Assembly (NCBI GenBank): GCA_029262795.1
Contig: JAJCYT010000035.1
Coordinates: forward strand, 4,202 to 68,201
Reading direction: 5' to 3'
Source of the DNA: Candidatus Fraserbacteria bacterium
GTDB lineage: Bacteria; Bipolaricaulota; Bipolaricaulia; RBG-16-55-9; JAJCYT01
DNA length: 64,000 nt
The position numbers and the translations under genes were made by a program. Under the pieces are notes generated by a model. That model saw only the letters and a program-made list of their open reading frames with translations, did not search any database and had not been told where the DNA came from. How positions within the stretch are numbered: position 1 is the stretch's first letter; each line of letters starts with the position of its first letter. Below, in pieces: positions 38,087 to 47,793 of this stretch.

Positions 38087-38611
38087 TTAGTTTCTATTTG
38101 TACTAAAGGTTTTAAGGTTAATCGAATAACGGAAAACTTCCATGTTGAAATAAATTGCTTCATCAGCACCGGATAAACCCAGTTTTTCCAAAACACGTTG
38201 AGAGGCAACATTTTGTCGGTGAACAATACCAACAATGGTATCCAGTGTCAGTTGCTCAAAACCAAATTGAATGCCTTCTTTGGCGCCTTCAGTTGCCAAG
38301 CCTTTGCCCCAATAAGTTGGACTTAACAAGTAACCAATTTCAACCTCATCGGTATCTGGCAAGTATTGAAGACCGCTCCAACCAATAATGTCTGAGTTTT
38401 CGTGAAGTTGAACTGCCCACCAGCCATATTTTTTTTCATCCCAGTGTTTTAGTTGTTGTTGGATAAATTTTCCAACATTTTCTAATGATGGAGGATTTGA
38501 GTTAGGAAAATATTTCAATACATCTGGCATGTTTAAAATTTGATGCAAAGCTTGTGCGTCTGCTTCATCAAATTGGCGTAATTTAAGTCGAGGTGTTTCA
38601 ATCGTCAACAT
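38087..38611 (-). CDS. RimJ/RimL-type GNAT acetyltransferase
   Basis: IETPRLKLR, YWGKGLATE, NVASQRVLEKLG. Confidence 0.9.
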   Translation of the reverse strand: MLTIETPRLKLRQFDEADAQALHQILNMPDVLKYFPNSNPPSLENVGKFIQQQLKHWDEKKYGWWAVQLHENSDIIGWSGLQYLPDTDEVEIGYLLSPTYWGKGLATEGAKEGIQFGFEQLTLDTIVGIVHRQNVASQRVLEKLGLSGADEAIYFNMEVFRYSINLKTFSTNRN

Positions 38612-38612
38612 G

Positions 38613-39806
38613 TTAGGACCAAGCTTTTAAAGCCAGACTTGCCACTCGTTGTTCAATTTCATAGGGAACCACTTGGGGTTCATGCTGAAGTGTTTTGGGA
38701 TGTTCCATGTGAAAGGCAAGGCTGAGCGATTGAAGCGCCAAACCCAGGTCCATCACTTCGATGGGGTTGCCGTCGGCGGCGGCGAGGTTGATGAGGTTGC
38801 CTTCTCCCAACAGATAAATGTGGTTGCCGTTGAGTAGTTCGTAGGATTCGATGTGCTGATCTAACGTTTCTTGGGTGCGGGCCTGTTCACGCAGGGCGGG
38901 GAGTTCCATTTCATCTTCAAAATGACCGGCATTGCAGAGCAGCACCCCGTCTTTCATTTGGCCAAACTCAGCCATGCCCAACACGCCAGAGCGCCCCGTG
39001 ACCGTAATAACGATGTCGGCATCAGGTAAAGCATCTTCGAGCGTGGCGGTTTGAAACCCTTCCAGGTGGGCTTCCAACTGTGCGAGCGGATTGAGGTCTA
39101 CAACAGTGACGTGAGCGCCTGCCCCTCTCATGTACTTGGCGACACCCTGTCCGCAAAAGCCATAGCCAATGACGGTGGTGCGCTTGCCGCCCATGAGCAG
39201 CCTTGTGGCCCGCATGATGGCATCAATAACGCCTTGGCCTACACCGTAACGATTCTCGATAATGCGCTTGGCTTGCGTGTCATTGATAACCAGCGTGGGA
39301 AAATAAAACGAATCGTAACTCTCTCGAAGCCGCGTGGCCCCAGTGGTTGTTTCTTCCGTGGCCCCAATGATTTTTTGCTGAAGGTGCTGATATTCAGCTT
39401 TATCATGGACAAAAGCGTGAAGATCTCCGCCATTGTCTGCAATCAGATCAGGATCGTCATCAAGCACCCGCCCAATGTTTTCCAGGTGATCATCAAACGT
39501 TTCTGAATTCCAGGCGTAGACATTGACCCCGCACTCTTTCACCAGCCAAGCGGCGGTGTCATCCTTCGTTGTTTTAGGGCTTCCGGTGATAGAAACTTCC
39601 GCACCGCCCGCCATCAGTGTTTGCACCCATACTGCGGTTTTAGGTTCTACATGAAGACAGATGCCTATACGCCTGCCTGCAAACGGTTTTGTTTTCTCAA
39701 ACTGTTCACAGATGCTGGCGAGGATGGGCATGTTTAACGATGCCCATCCCACCCGTAATTTGCCTTGTTCGGCTAAATCAATATCTTCAATTTTGTGTTG
39801 ACTCAA
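38613..39806 (-). CDS. Divergent adenosylhomocysteinase (AHCY/SAHH) family protein
   Basis: CLHVEPKTA, EETTTG, NRYG, GYGFCG, NAGHF, LINLAAADGNPIEVMD; non-canonical DNGGD and KRIIEN. Confidence 0.88.
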   Translation of the reverse strand: MSQHKIEDIDLAEQGKLRVGWASLNMPILASICEQFEKTKPFAGRRIGICLHVEPKTAVWVQTLMAGGAEVSITGSPKTTKDDTAAWLVKECGVNVYAWNSETFDDHLENIGRVLDDDPDLIADNGGDLHAFVHDKAEYQHLQQKIIGATEETTTGATRLRESYDSFYFPTLVINDTQAKRIIENRYGVGQGVIDAIMRATRLLMGGKRTTVIGYGFCGQGVAKYMRGAGAHVTVVDLNPLAQLEAHLEGFQTATLEDALPDADIVITVTGRSGVLGMAEFGQMKDGVLLCNAGHFEDEMELPALREQARTQETLDQHIESYELLNGNHIYLLGEGNLINLAAADGNPIEVMDLGLALQSLSLAFHMEHPKTLQHEPQVVPYEIEQRVASLALKAWS

Positions 39807-39809
39807 TGA

Positions 39810-40607
39810 TTAATCCATTCCAACATCAAGTGTCACAACGCGGCCGTTCAAAGGCTGCACTGGACGATTGTTGAAATCACAACAGGAATTGCTTAACAAC
39901 GTTTTGAAAAAATTGATCTGAGAAGCTGACATAGTGATCGTTTCGCGCAACAGCAACCATCCAACGCCTTCTGTACAAGGTGGGGTGGTTAAAGACCCAT
40001 TGTAACGATATGTGGTCAAATCATCAGGCAATACGCTGAGTGCATTAAAGGTGCTTTCCAAATGTACTTCTTCACCCGCCGTGCCAGGCAAGCCCGTCCA
40101 AATGGAGGCCAGATCCTGATTGGTTGGACCTTCTTCAATGAGCAACCCCAACACCACAATTGCATCATTTTGTCCGGCAAAGAAGCAACGACCACATAAG
40201 TGAACCAGGTGCATTTCCATCGCAAAAGGCTGACCGTTGATGGTGTGTTCGCTTGGCGCGTGGAAATGGAATTGCAACAGCTCATAGAGATTTTCATTGA
40301 ACTCCATAAAGCTGCCCGTTTCATACTCCATTTCGATGGTGTGCCCGTTGTTGAGCAGCAACGCAGGTGCGTTCTGATAGTTGAGTTCAAACTGAGCCAC
40401 CACTTGTTCATCCACATTGAATGTGGCAATGTCGATGGGGGATTGTGATTGACCGTCGTCACAAAGTGCAAATGATGGGTCTAATGATCCCCAATTGTCG
40501 GGGCCAAGATTGCCTGAATAATTCCACGCCACATCTGCAGCCTGACCACCTACGGCGATCAAAATCAACATCAAAAACAAGGTCAGCTTCGCTCTCCAAC
40601 CGTTCAT
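39810..40607 (-). CDS. Secreted alpha-carbonic anhydrase
   Basis: QSPIDI, QFHFH, SEH, EMHLVH, GSLTTPPCTE, NNRPVQP; signal peptide. Confidence 0.95.
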   Translation of the reverse strand: MNGWRAKLTLFLMLILIAVGGQAADVAWNYSGNLGPDNWGSLDPSFALCDDGQSQSPIDIATFNVDEQVVAQFELNYQNAPALLLNNGHTIEMEYETGSFMEFNENLYELLQFHFHAPSEHTINGQPFAMEMHLVHLCGRCFFAGQNDAIVVLGLLIEEGPTNQDLASIWTGLPGTAGEEVHLESTFNALSVLPDDLTTYRYNGSLTTPPCTEGVGWLLLRETITMSASQINFFKTLLSNSCCDFNNRPVQPLNGRVVTLDVGMD

Positions 40608-40697
40608 GTATCCTCCTTGATGATTCCACAACAGGAATGCTTACATTATGGAAAACTTCCCCATCAGATTACAACGACACGTGTCGCTTCAAGCCCC

Positions 40698-41480
40698 TTA
40701 TTGAGCTGCGGCTTCGATGGCCATATCTGCTGCTTCAATGGCAGCGTTGGCTTGCTCAATCGCTGCATCAGCCATTTCAACGGCCATGTCTGCTGCTTCA
40801 ATCGCAACGTCTGCGGCTTCGACGGCACGGTCTGCATTTTCAATGGCGCGGTCGGCGGCTACGGTATCGAGTGTTTCTAGTGCGCTTATGGCGGTTCCAA
40901 TAGCAACATCAGCAGCTTCAGTGGCCATACCTGCTGCTTCAATGGTAGCGTCGGCTGCTTCAATGGCACCGTCGGCACTTTCCACGGCTGTATCGGCAGT
41001 TTGAAGAGCGTCGAGTGCTTCATTTAATGCGGCTCTTTGAGAGGCCGATGCGTTGTTGATGGCAGCTTGTACGGCTGTAATGGCAGCTTCAATTTGAAGG
41101 TCCGCATCTTTCACCAATTGATCAATGGCTCCGATGAGGTGATACGTGCCTTCCAACACTTGATCTAATCCCTCAATAACTCGATCTGCAGAACCCACTA
41201 AAAACACGGCAGAGGTAACATCGACGGCTTCGATGGAGGTGTCTGTATCTTCAATCATTCGATCCACAGCTTCAATGATTCGATCTGCGCCCTCAATGAT
41301 TTGATCTAAGGATTTAATAAACTGATCGGCTTCTTTGATTTCATCATCCGCATTTTCGATATTGGTGTCTGCTTGATCAAGAGAGGAAATTTGAAAAAGG
41401 TTGGGAAACCCCAGACTGCCAAAGACAATCAGTGAAATAGCAATTCCCAGCAGAATTAGCCAATGTTTCTTAATCACCAT
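40698..41480 (-). CDS. Membrane-anchored acidic Ala-rich heptad-repeat (coiled-coil) protein
   Basis: N-terminal TM followed by many ADxAIEA-type 7-aa repeats. Confidence 0.75.
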   Translation of the reverse strand: MVIKKHWLILLGIAISLIVFGSLGFPNLFQISSLDQADTNIENADDEIKEADQFIKSLDQIIEGADRIIEAVDRMIEDTDTSIEAVDVTSAVFLVGSADRVIEGLDQVLEGTYHLIGAIDQLVKDADLQIEAAITAVQAAINNASASQRAALNEALDALQTADTAVESADGAIEAADATIEAAGMATEAADVAIGTAISALETLDTVAADRAIENADRAVEAADVAIEAADMAVEMADAAIEQANAAIEAADMAIEAAAQ

Positions 41481-41634
41481 GAACAAACCCCTTTTGTGTG
41501 GTATCCTTGAAAAGATCGCAAAAAAAATGTATTAAATCAGTTTCAACTGTATCCCATCCATTCCTGAAAATTCAATGAATGTTAACTCTATTTCTCATGA
41601 TAATTTTTTATTTGGATGCGGCAAAGATAAGTGT

Positions 41635-42360
41635 TTAGGGAGTTGTCCCCCATAAACAAAAGCGTTCAGATTCTCCTTGGATAGGCCCAATGGCTAGATC
41701 GGCTTCGAGCTTTTTCAGACCAGTTTGAAAAACATCTTCGTCGATGAGCAACAAGCTGGAATAGGCTTTTTCTCGATAACTGGCAGCATCTGACACCACA
41801 TAGGTGTCGCTGACAGATTTTTCTTCGAGGTTTCGGTAACCTGATTTGGCCATCAACTGTTTCAGATCTTTGATGAGAGGATAACGCTCCATATCAGCCA
41901 GTGCGCTGTCATAAAAATAATCTGACTGAGGGGTGCGGTTTTTCAACATATCTTGTGTTTCGGTGATGGTACATAATTTGCCCCCCGATTTGAGCACACG
42001 AAGGGCTTCTTTAAAATAATCTGGTTTACCCTGGACATGATGAATCACATCCACTGAAAACACCAAGTCGAATTGATCAGCTTCCAGAGGTAACTGTTCA
42101 GCCGTGCCATGAAGGAATTGAATGGCAAGATGAGGATGTGTATGGGACAACATGCCAGAGGAAGGGTCTATCCCCCAGCCGCTACAGTTTGTTTGATTGA
42201 CCAGTGCCGAGATGTGATTTCCTGTACCGCAACCAACTTCGAGCACTTTAGAACCTGTGGTGATATTTCCAATTTGAATCAAATTTTCGATCACAGATGG
42301 AAAGGGCAACCGCCCACGCGAATAAGCGCCGGCGAGCGCATCATAGTTGGTTTGATTCAT
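41635..42360 (-). CDS. Class I SAM-dependent methyltransferase
   Basis: VLEVGCGTG, FDLV, RVLKSGG. Confidence 0.9.
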   Translation of the reverse strand: MNQTNYDALAGAYSRGRLPFPSVIENLIQIGNITTGSKVLEVGCGTGNHISALVNQTNCSGWGIDPSSGMLSHTHPHLAIQFLHGTAEQLPLEADQFDLVFSVDVIHHVQGKPDYFKEALRVLKSGGKLCTITETQDMLKNRTPQSDYFYDSALADMERYPLIKDLKQLMAKSGYRNLEEKSVSDTYVVSDAASYREKAYSSLLLIDEDVFQTGLKKLEADLAIGPIQGESERFCLWGTTP

Positions 42361-42362
42361 AA

Positions 42363-42752
42363 TTAATGCTGAAGCACCTGTACATTTAAGAATTGGCCAG
42401 CTTTGTCAAATTCAATGTCTAGGGAATTATAGTCCATCCCAAAGCCAAGCCAGGCGCCAATATTGTAGCTGATTAACAGGTTTGTCATGGAGAAATCTGG
42501 CTCGCCCAAGCGCTGAAGTATTTGTGATCGTGTTGGCTTTTCTTGATGTATTTGACGCATCAAGTCAGCAACCATTTCTCCACGTGGATTTTTATGATTC
42601 CAATCGTGATCATTTTCTTTCCAAACAGACTCTGAAAATGGCCGATTATCTAGAGGATTATCGAACAAAAATGAAATTTCGGACCAAAACCACAAGCTGC
42701 CTGTAACCAAAGCAATCAAGCCGATACCCAGAAGTGTGAGTGCAGGTTTCAT
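42363..42752 (-). CDS. Membrane-anchored hypothetical protein (BamE/SmpA-like motif)
   Basis: N-terminal TM; RGEMVADL, TRSQILQRLGEPD. Confidence 0.6.
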   Translation of the reverse strand: MKPALTLLGIGLIALVTGSLWFWSEISFLFDNPLDNRPFSESVWKENDHDWNHKNPRGEMVADLMRQIHQEKPTRSQILQRLGEPDFSMTNLLISYNIGAWLGFGMDYNSLDIEFDKAGQFLNVQVLQH

Positions 42753-42796
42753 ATTTTGATGGTATCGGCTTTTTTTATCAATGCAATAAGTTGTTT

Positions 42797-43390
42797 TTAG
42801 TCTGCCAAACGTCCGTTGTAAACCAAGGGATCACTGGCAGCGTATTCTCTGAAGACTTCGATGGCCTTTTCATTGAGCAACCCGTTAATTACATTGATAC
42901 CGCGCTTGTTCAGTTCAGTGATCCAATCGGGATGGCAGGGGCCTTCGTCAAAGCCTGTGATTTCTTCAAGCTCAGGGCCGTCACCACCAACCACAACTTC
43001 ACGTACACCCGACCAAGGAATCGCCCCATAGCACATTGCGCAGGGTCGCCAGTTGACGACAAACTGATAATCCGGCATACCTGCACCACCGAGGTCGAAG
43101 GTGCCCAGTTTTTTCTGAGCCAGAGACAGCCCCATAATTTCAGCATGGGCAGCAGAGCAGTTATAAGGCACAACACGATTGACCCCAATGACAATCACTT
43201 TTCCAGAATCGCGTTCAAACACACCGGCAGCAAATGGGCCACCGGTTTCATGTTGGAAATTTTTACGTGAAAATTCAATTACTGTGGCCATGCGATCTTC
43301 CAAGGATTCAATATGAGAAGGCATGTTGTTCAATTCATCAACCGCCCATTGGGGCAAGTCTAGCGTAAAATTCATATCTGTATAACTCAT
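42797..43390 (-). CDS. Zn-dependent nucleoside/nucleobase deaminase (CDA fold)
   Basis: GGPF, AHAE, PCAMC. Confidence 0.9.
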   Translation of the reverse strand: MSYTDMNFTLDLPQWAVDELNNMPSHIESLEDRMATVIEFSRKNFQHETGGPFAAGVFERDSGKVIVIGVNRVVPYNCSAAHAEIMGLSLAQKKLGTFDLGGAGMPDYQFVVNWRPCAMCYGAIPWSGVREVVVGGDGPELEEITGFDEGPCHPDWITELNKRGINVINGLLNEKAIEVFREYAASDPLVYNGRLAD

Positions 43391-43492
43391 AACAAAAATT
43401 ATCCTACAGACCAAAGCCTGTAGGAACACTCCTTCCTAATCTAAATGCCAATAACGACCCTAGCACAAATTTAGGGTCGAGTCAATCGAAGC

Positions 43493-44050
43493 TTAATCCC
43501 ACCCGGAAACAAATGTTTTGGCCATCCCTGTTTCGAGGTTAAAAGAATGACGCTTTATCATGCCAATGTTTGCCCCGTAAACATGGATGCCCACACAGGG
43601 TTCGTCGGTGCGGCAACTGACGCGGTGAATGTCTTTGTCCGAGGTACAACAAATATGGACATGTCCGGCTGTCACATCATTGGAGGGCAGTATCTGAACA
43701 CTGGCCGATTGATCCAATGGCACATTTTCTTCACGCAAAAAGCGTTCTTCATGTTCAGCGCCTTTGTAAATGCCAATGACGCCCCATGTGCCGTGATCGT
43801 GAATGGGCGTAATCTGGCCGGTGTCCAGTATCATAGCAGCGATGCTAAAGCTGTCATCGGCTGCAACATGGACGGGGTGCATTGCATAACCGCGGTCTTT
43901 CATCACCATTTGTTCAGGCGTAAGCAAATCTGGCTCGCCTAGAATGGGTTCTAAAAGATCAGCTACCTTTGCAGTGACTTCAACCTCGGTGCCGCCCTGA
44001 GTAACAATTTTTTCAAGTGCTTCAATAAAGTGTTGCATTGCTTTAGACAT
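43493..44050 (-). CDS. Cysteine dioxygenase-like cupin (thiol dioxygenase)
   Basis: GQITPIHDHGTWG, DIHRV, GIHVYG. Confidence 0.85.
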   Translation of the reverse strand: MSKAMQHFIEALEKIVTQGGTEVEVTAKVADLLEPILGEPDLLTPEQMVMKDRGYAMHPVHVAADDSFSIAAMILDTGQITPIHDHGTWGVIGIYKGAEHEERFLREENVPLDQSASVQILPSNDVTAGHVHICCTSDKDIHRVSCRTDEPCVGIHVYGANIGMIKRHSFNLETGMAKTFVSGWD

Positions 44051-44142
44051 AGAAGCCTCCCGTCAATGGATGATAGCATATTTGCTCTACACATTGATCA
44101 TGGTCACAATAAGTGATATTCCGATAGGGCACGGAGGTCACC

Positions 44143-45030
44143 ATGGCCAATATTCAAGAAGGGCTTATTCCATTCAAGGGATTTAACACGTGGTATAAAA
44201 CTGTTGGTGAATGTGAAGACATCAAAATTCCATTGCTTTGTCTTCACGGTGGCCCGGGCTTTAGTCATGATTACTTTGAGCCCTTAGAAGCCTTGGCCGA
44301 ATCTGGCAGGCAGGTGGTCTTTTATGATCAATTGGGCAATGGAAAATCAGATCATGTTGACGATCCTGAGATGTGGTCTGTTGAGTTGTTTGTTGAAGAA
44401 GTGGGTGTGATCCGTGAAGCATTAGGTCTAGATCAAGTCCATCTGCTCGGCCAATCCTGGGGTGGGATGCTGGCAATGGAATACATGTTGACTCAGCCTA
44501 ATGGTGTTGCCAGTTTGGTTTTGTCAAATACCCTTCCAAGTGCAAAACTCTGGAAAGAAGAAGCTGATCGACTTCGCTCCGAACTTCCTCCCGATGTGTT
44601 GGCAACCCTGATCAAACATGAAGAAGCTGACACCACTGATTCCCCAGAGTACGAGGAAGCCATTGACGTTTACTACCAACGCCACCTCTGTCGCATCAGC
44701 CCAATGCCCGACTGCTTGCAGCGCTCTTTTGATGTGATGGTCAACAACCCACAAGTTTACAACACCCTCTGGGGACCCAATGAATTTCAATCCACCGGCA
44801 AACTCAAAGACTGGGATATCACCCATAGGCTCAATGAAATCAAAACACCCACCTTCGTCCTCAATGGTCGATTTGATGAAGCCACACCGAAAATCGCTGA
44901 AACCATCCACACAGGGATTCCAGGTTCTGAATGGGTTGTTTTTGAAAACAGCTCTCATCTCCCTAATTTAGAAGAAACAGATTTGTTTCTGGAAACCCTT
45001 GAGAGTTTCTTGAAGAAGCAGGAGCAATAA
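44143..45030 (+). CDS. Proline iminopeptidase-family alpha/beta hydrolase
   Basis: LHGGPG, YDQLGNGKS, GQSWGG, SSHLP. Confidence 0.9.
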   Translation: MANIQEGLIPFKGFNTWYKTVGECEDIKIPLLCLHGGPGFSHDYFEPLEALAESGRQVVFYDQLGNGKSDHVDDPEMWSVELFVEEVGVIREALGLDQVHLLGQSWGGMLAMEYMLTQPNGVASLVLSNTLPSAKLWKEEADRLRSELPPDVLATLIKHEEADTTDSPEYEEAIDVYYQRHLCRISPMPDCLQRSFDVMVNNPQVYNTLWGPNEFQSTGKLKDWDITHRLNEIKTPTFVLNGRFDEATPKIAETIHTGIPGSEWVVFENSSHLPNLEETDLFLETLESFLKKQEQ

Positions 45031-45079
45031 TCGGAATTAATGACCATAGAATTTAACAATAACAGGAGAAGAACTAAAT

Positions 45080-46087
45080 ATGGATTATGAAGTATTTGAG
45101 TTAGGGAATGTGACACTTCAAGCTGGCTTGACACTCCGATCAGCTAAATTAGCATACAAGACTTTTGGTCAACTTAATGATGCCAAAAACAACGTTATCA
45201 TTTTTCCAACACATTATTCTGGGCGACATACGGAGAATGAAGCCATCATTGGCGAAGGTAAAGGCTTAGACCCAACAAAGTACTTCATCATCATTCCAAA
45301 TATGTTTGGAAACGGATTGTCGTCCTCTCCTGATAACACACCACTGCCGTTCGATAAAGCACGTTTCCCTCAAATTACCATCTATGACAACGTGATGTAT
45401 CAACATCAACTCATCAAAGAAAAATTTGGTATAGAAAGGATTGCTTTGGTCATGGGGTTTTCGATGGGGGCCCAGCAAGCCTATCATTGGGGTGCGATGT
45501 TCCCTGACATGGTTGAACGGATTATGCCCATTTGTGGATCTGCAAAAACTTCGACACATAATTTTGTATTTCTTGAAGGGGTGAAAGCCGCCTTAACTGC
45601 AGACGATGCCTGGATGGATGGTTGGTATGAAAATCCTCCGACCAAAGGGTTACGTGCCATGGCCAGGGTTTGGGCTGGTTGGGCGTTATCCCAAGCATTC
45701 TATCGCGAAGGATATCATTTAAATGGCCATTCCTCCCTCGAAGACTTTCTGATAAACAGTTGGGAAGGCAGTTTCCTAAAACACGATGCCAATAATTTGT
45801 TGACTATGTTGTGGACTTGGCAAAATGGTGACATTAGCACCAATGAGAAATACAATAGCGATTTTGTGAAAGCGTTAAATGGCATTTCGGCCAAAGCAAT
45901 TGTGATGCCGAGTGAAACCGATTTGTACTTTCCAATGGAAGACAATCTAATTGAAACCAGCCACATGCCAAATGCTGAATGTCGTTCAATTAAATCTATC
46001 TTTGGACACACTGCTGGTGGCCCAGCCGTTGGAACAGACGATGCGTTGTTTATCGATCATTCTATCAAAGAACTGTTGGCGTCTTAG
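45080..46087 (+). CDS. Homoserine O-acetyltransferase-like alpha/beta hydrolase
   Basis: AYKTFGQLN, GNGLSSSP, GFSMG, DLYF, FGH. Confidence 0.8.
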   Translation: MDYEVFELGNVTLQAGLTLRSAKLAYKTFGQLNDAKNNVIIFPTHYSGRHTENEAIIGEGKGLDPTKYFIIIPNMFGNGLSSSPDNTPLPFDKARFPQITIYDNVMYQHQLIKEKFGIERIALVMGFSMGAQQAYHWGAMFPDMVERIMPICGSAKTSTHNFVFLEGVKAALTADDAWMDGWYENPPTKGLRAMARVWAGWALSQAFYREGYHLNGHSSLEDFLINSWEGSFLKHDANNLLTMLWTWQNGDISTNEKYNSDFVKALNGISAKAIVMPSETDLYFPMEDNLIETSHMPNAECRSIKSIFGHTAGGPAVGTDDALFIDHSIKELLAS

Positions 46088-46107
46088 AGTAATCTTTATC
46101 CAAAAAA

Positions 46108-46147
46108 TAAACCCAATGCCGATGTTTTCACAAAGGCATTGGGTTTA
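46108..46147. terminator. Inverted repeat terminator between convergent genes
   Basis: taaacccaatgcc ... ggcattgggttta. Confidence 0.7.
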
Positions 46148-46184
46148 GCACCTCCAAGGTTCACTCAGCCGTTTTAACGGGGAG

Positions 46185-46688
46185 TTAAACTTGGACTTCT
46201 GCTATATCGTAGCGTTTGGCATAAGGGGAATCGTCATTGAGCAGATGGAAGGCGTCGTCGCCGCACATTGCCTGCATCATGCAAAGTTGACCCCAGTGAT
46301 ACGTGATGTGCCACGCAGGAGTAGTTAATAAGTATTGACGTGATACAGACGAAGTGCCGTCGCTGGTTGGGAGAAAATCGCCCAATGCTTTGTCAGATAC
46401 ATTTTGGATGGCTTCAACGGCATTATTGATGCTTTCATCAAAACGAGACAGAGCATCCTCTAATGAAGCTGAGGGTGGTTTTTGTTGAAACTCTGCTTGA
46501 CCGTCTCCCGTGCCTCGCATAATGAAATAGTCCGTGGCGGTGGCGAGATGATCCACTTGTTCTAAAGCAGACATGGTGCCTTCGTGAGGTTTCCAACTCA
46601 GTTTGTCCGTCGGTATTTTTGAAAGATCGTATTTAAAGTAATCAGCCTGGGTCAAAAGATGTTTGGCCTGGTCTTGTTGAAAGCTCAT
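46185..46688 (-). CDS. DinB family protein
   Basis: QVDHLA ... HITYHWGQL. Confidence 0.82.
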   Translation of the reverse strand: MSFQQDQAKHLLTQADYFKYDLSKIPTDKLSWKPHEGTMSALEQVDHLATATDYFIMRGTGDGQAEFQQKPPSASLEDALSRFDESINNAVEAIQNVSDKALGDFLPTSDGTSSVSRQYLLTTPAWHITYHWGQLCMMQAMCGDDAFHLLNDDSPYAKRYDIAEVQV

Positions 46689-46741
46689 CTGTTCTCCTTT
46701 TGATGTGCGTTATAACTGTTGTTCGGTATTTTTTAGTTTGA

Positions 46742-46770
46742 AAAACAACTTTCTTTTAGAAAGTTGTTTT
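46742..46770. promoter_or_regulatory. Palindromic operator between dinB and the HxlR-family gene
   Basis: aaaacaactttct-ttt-agaaagttgtttt, 13-bp arms. Confidence 0.7.
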
Positions 46771-46828
46771 GATCTTAGCCCATTTCCGTTTAAAATGCAA
46801 GGGACAAATCGATTAACAGAAAGGCTTC

Positions 46829-47251
46829 ATGAGCAGGATAAAAACACAATCAAGTTGTCCCATCAGCAATACGCTCAGTCACTTGGGTGACAAGTGGAGC
46901 CTGTTGATTATTCGGGACATGATGTTTTTGGGAAAGCAAAATTACACGGCATTTATGGAATCCCCCGAAGGCATTTCAACCAAAATTCTGGCTCAACGAC
47001 TGAAGGCTTTGGAAGATGAAGGCATTGTTTCAAAACATCGCGATCCAGACAATCAATCAAAAAACATTTATCAACTGACTGAAAAAGGCATTGATCTGAT
47101 GCCGATTGTTGTTGAAATGTCCATCTGGTCTACCACACATGTCGATGGTGTTGATGTGAATGCTGGTCACATGAACGCCATTCGAGAAGATAAGGCGGCG
47201 TTTCTAAAAACAGCTATGAAACGTTTAAAAAATCAACTCAAGGCATTTTAG
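46829..47251 (+). CDS. HxlR family winged-helix regulator
   Basis: SCPI, LGDKWSLLIIRD, GISTKILAQRLK, YQLTEKG. Confidence 0.92.
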   Translation: MSRIKTQSSCPISNTLSHLGDKWSLLIIRDMMFLGKQNYTAFMESPEGISTKILAQRLKALEDEGIVSKHRDPDNQSKNIYQLTEKGIDLMPIVVEMSIWSTTHVDGVDVNAGHMNAIREDKAAFLKTAMKRLKNQLKAF

Positions 47252-47633
47252 GACTGCTTGCATAATCCCGAAACGATCTTAGCATCAGTCCCAAACCACC
47301 CAATATAAAGATCATCACCACAATAAACTGCCAAAGCTCCATGCGAAGGTAGAACTGCAAACGGCTGATCACTTCCACTAGGATGAGGCCAAGACCCAAT
47401 GCACTGACAATCCATCCAATTTTGCTTTTGTAATTGAAAAACAACAGCAACAAACCCAATCCAAGCGGCGCAAACACAGGCAAGGCTGATTCACCGATAT
47501 AGCGGCTCAACCAGCCTGCACGCTGTGTATAAACAATGATGGCATCTATTAACATCCATATGCCGCCAATAAACATCAAAAAGCCAATCCAAAAACTTTC
47601 GATGCCACCCTCAGTGCCGCCTGCACCTTTCAT
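47238..47633 (-). CDS. Four-TM membrane protein
   Basis: KGAGGTEGG start followed by hydrophobic helices; SD gaggga. Confidence 0.75.
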   Translation of the reverse strand: MKGAGGTEGGIESFWIGFLMFIGGIWMLIDAIIVYTQRAGWLSRYIGESALPVFAPLGLGLLLLFFNYKSKIGWIVSALGLGLILVEVISRLQFYLRMELWQFIVVMIFILGGLGLMLRSFRDYASSPKMP

Positions 47634-47793
47634 GAAACTCCCTCTTGACGCTTTAATTCATGGGTGATCATAAATCAAACCAATCTACTTGCCAAACAGA
47701 TTTCTACATGCTGAAAATATAGCATGGTACGTCATTTGCTGGATGGCAATAATGCAGAATTGATTTACAATGAAAAGAAGTGAGCAAGGAGCC

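Noticed and set aside
40421-41004. Plus-strand ORFs over the Ala-rich repeat gene
   Set aside because: Antisense shadows of a low-complexity repeat; the minus-strand gene has a TM anchor and coherent periodicity.
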